A stretch of 63,864 nt of DNA, counting the filler, from Octopus bimaculoides (taxonomy: Eukaryota): assembly GCF_001194135.2 (NCBI RefSeq). It is 6 parts of 6 records of this genome, joined end to end, with 100 filler letters (N's around TTAATTAATTAA, not from the genome) between each part and the next. Parts side by side here need not be neighbours in the genome. Positions count along the whole stretch, not along the records: positions 62,040 to 63,864 come from NC_069009.1; 5 more parts are not named here. One strand, 5' to 3'. The notes beneath the pieces are model-generated. The model ran no database searches, was not told the origin of the DNA, and saw only the letters and a list, made by a program, of their open reading frames with translations. Shown piece by piece: positions 62,942-63,864 of this stretch (positions are counted from its first letter, which is position 1; each line of letters starts with the position of its first letter). The position numbers and the translations under genes are program-made.

Positions 62942-63864
62942 TTGCGATGTACAATTTTTTGTTAAGAAGGTTAAGAGAAGAAGTTGTTTTATATGACACA
63001 TTCTACCAGTGTCCCAATTTTGAAAGTGTTTCGTTAAGAAAACAAGTGTTGCCCGTCAAACCCTAAAGACCCAAAAGAATATTTAAGAGAGGAAAGTAGA
63101 AGAAAAGTAGAAGGAAAGTGGATGAAGAAGGTAAATGAAAAGGTAGGATTGAAGGAAAACATTAGGAAAAAGCGGAGGAAGAGGAAAAATGTGATTAAAA
63201 AAGCTGGAGAAGAAGAGGAAAGTGAAAAAGATGAAGAATGAGAGGAAAAGGATGGAAAAGAAGAACGAGTAGAAGGAAGAATAAGGGTGACTAAGGGAGG
63301 AAAGTTGGAAAAGTAAAAGAAGACGAGATAGAAGAATGCGAAAGAGGGGAGGTTGAGGAAAAAAAGAGTGATAGGAAGAGGAGAGAAGGTGAAAACGGAA
63401 AAGAAAAGTAGAAGGAGAAAGTGTTGTGGAAAGAGAGGAGGAAAAGAGAAGGAATAAAGATGAGGGGAAAGAAAAAAGAAGAGAAGAAATATGTATATCA
63501 GTGAGAGGGAGAGAAGAAACGTAAGTTAAAGGAGGAAGAGAAGAAGACGATGATGAAGAAGAAAGGAACAGAAGCAGAAGAAAGAGGAGTAGATAGAGGA
63601 GAAGAGAAGAGGAAGACGAAGGAGGAGAGAAAAGTAGAAGCAAGAATGATGTGAAGGGCGGAGAAAGAGTTGCAGTAAGAGAAGAGAAGAGAAAGACTAA
63701 AAACGACGTGAGAGAAAAGTAAACGAGAAGAAAAGAGAAAGAATAAAGATGACATGAGAGAAAGAGAGAGGGAAGTAAGAGGAGAAGAGAAAAAGAACAA
63801 AGTTGACGTAAGAGAGAAGTAATAGAGGAGAAAAAGAAGATGAGGTGAGAGAGAGAGAGAGAGA

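Overview
AT-rich animal genomic DNA, fragmented by N-gaps and dense in microsatellites and TEs. The repeat families (RTE LINEs, (GAT)n-tailed partner SINEs, tRNA-head SINEs) look like an octopod cephalopod, most likely Octopus; this is inferred from repeat content, not from a database hit. The only confidently identified host gene is a DAAM-type formin on the minus strand: five phase-compatible exons at 55956-59238 encode the end of FH2 and the following coiled coil. Its upstream exons and the expected DAD exon are not visible. The rest is mostly TEs: RTE, R4/Dong-like and Penelope-like retroelements (two degenerate hammerhead-like motifs), Tc1, mariner and maT-like remnants, several MITE/foldback elements including a TTAA-flanked Kolobok-like one, Helentron-type ends, many SINEs and simple repeats. 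The window divides into CpG-depleted blocks (1-19.7 kb, 53-62 kb) and a CpG-retaining block (20-53 kb), with borders on unknown-size linker gaps. Two clusters of low-confidence candidate exons of unrecognised proteins are flagged. Nearly all ORFs in the supplied track are microsatellite or N artefacts. I found no well-supported novel multi-gene system; the best leads are RNA-structure elements and possible unannotated genes.
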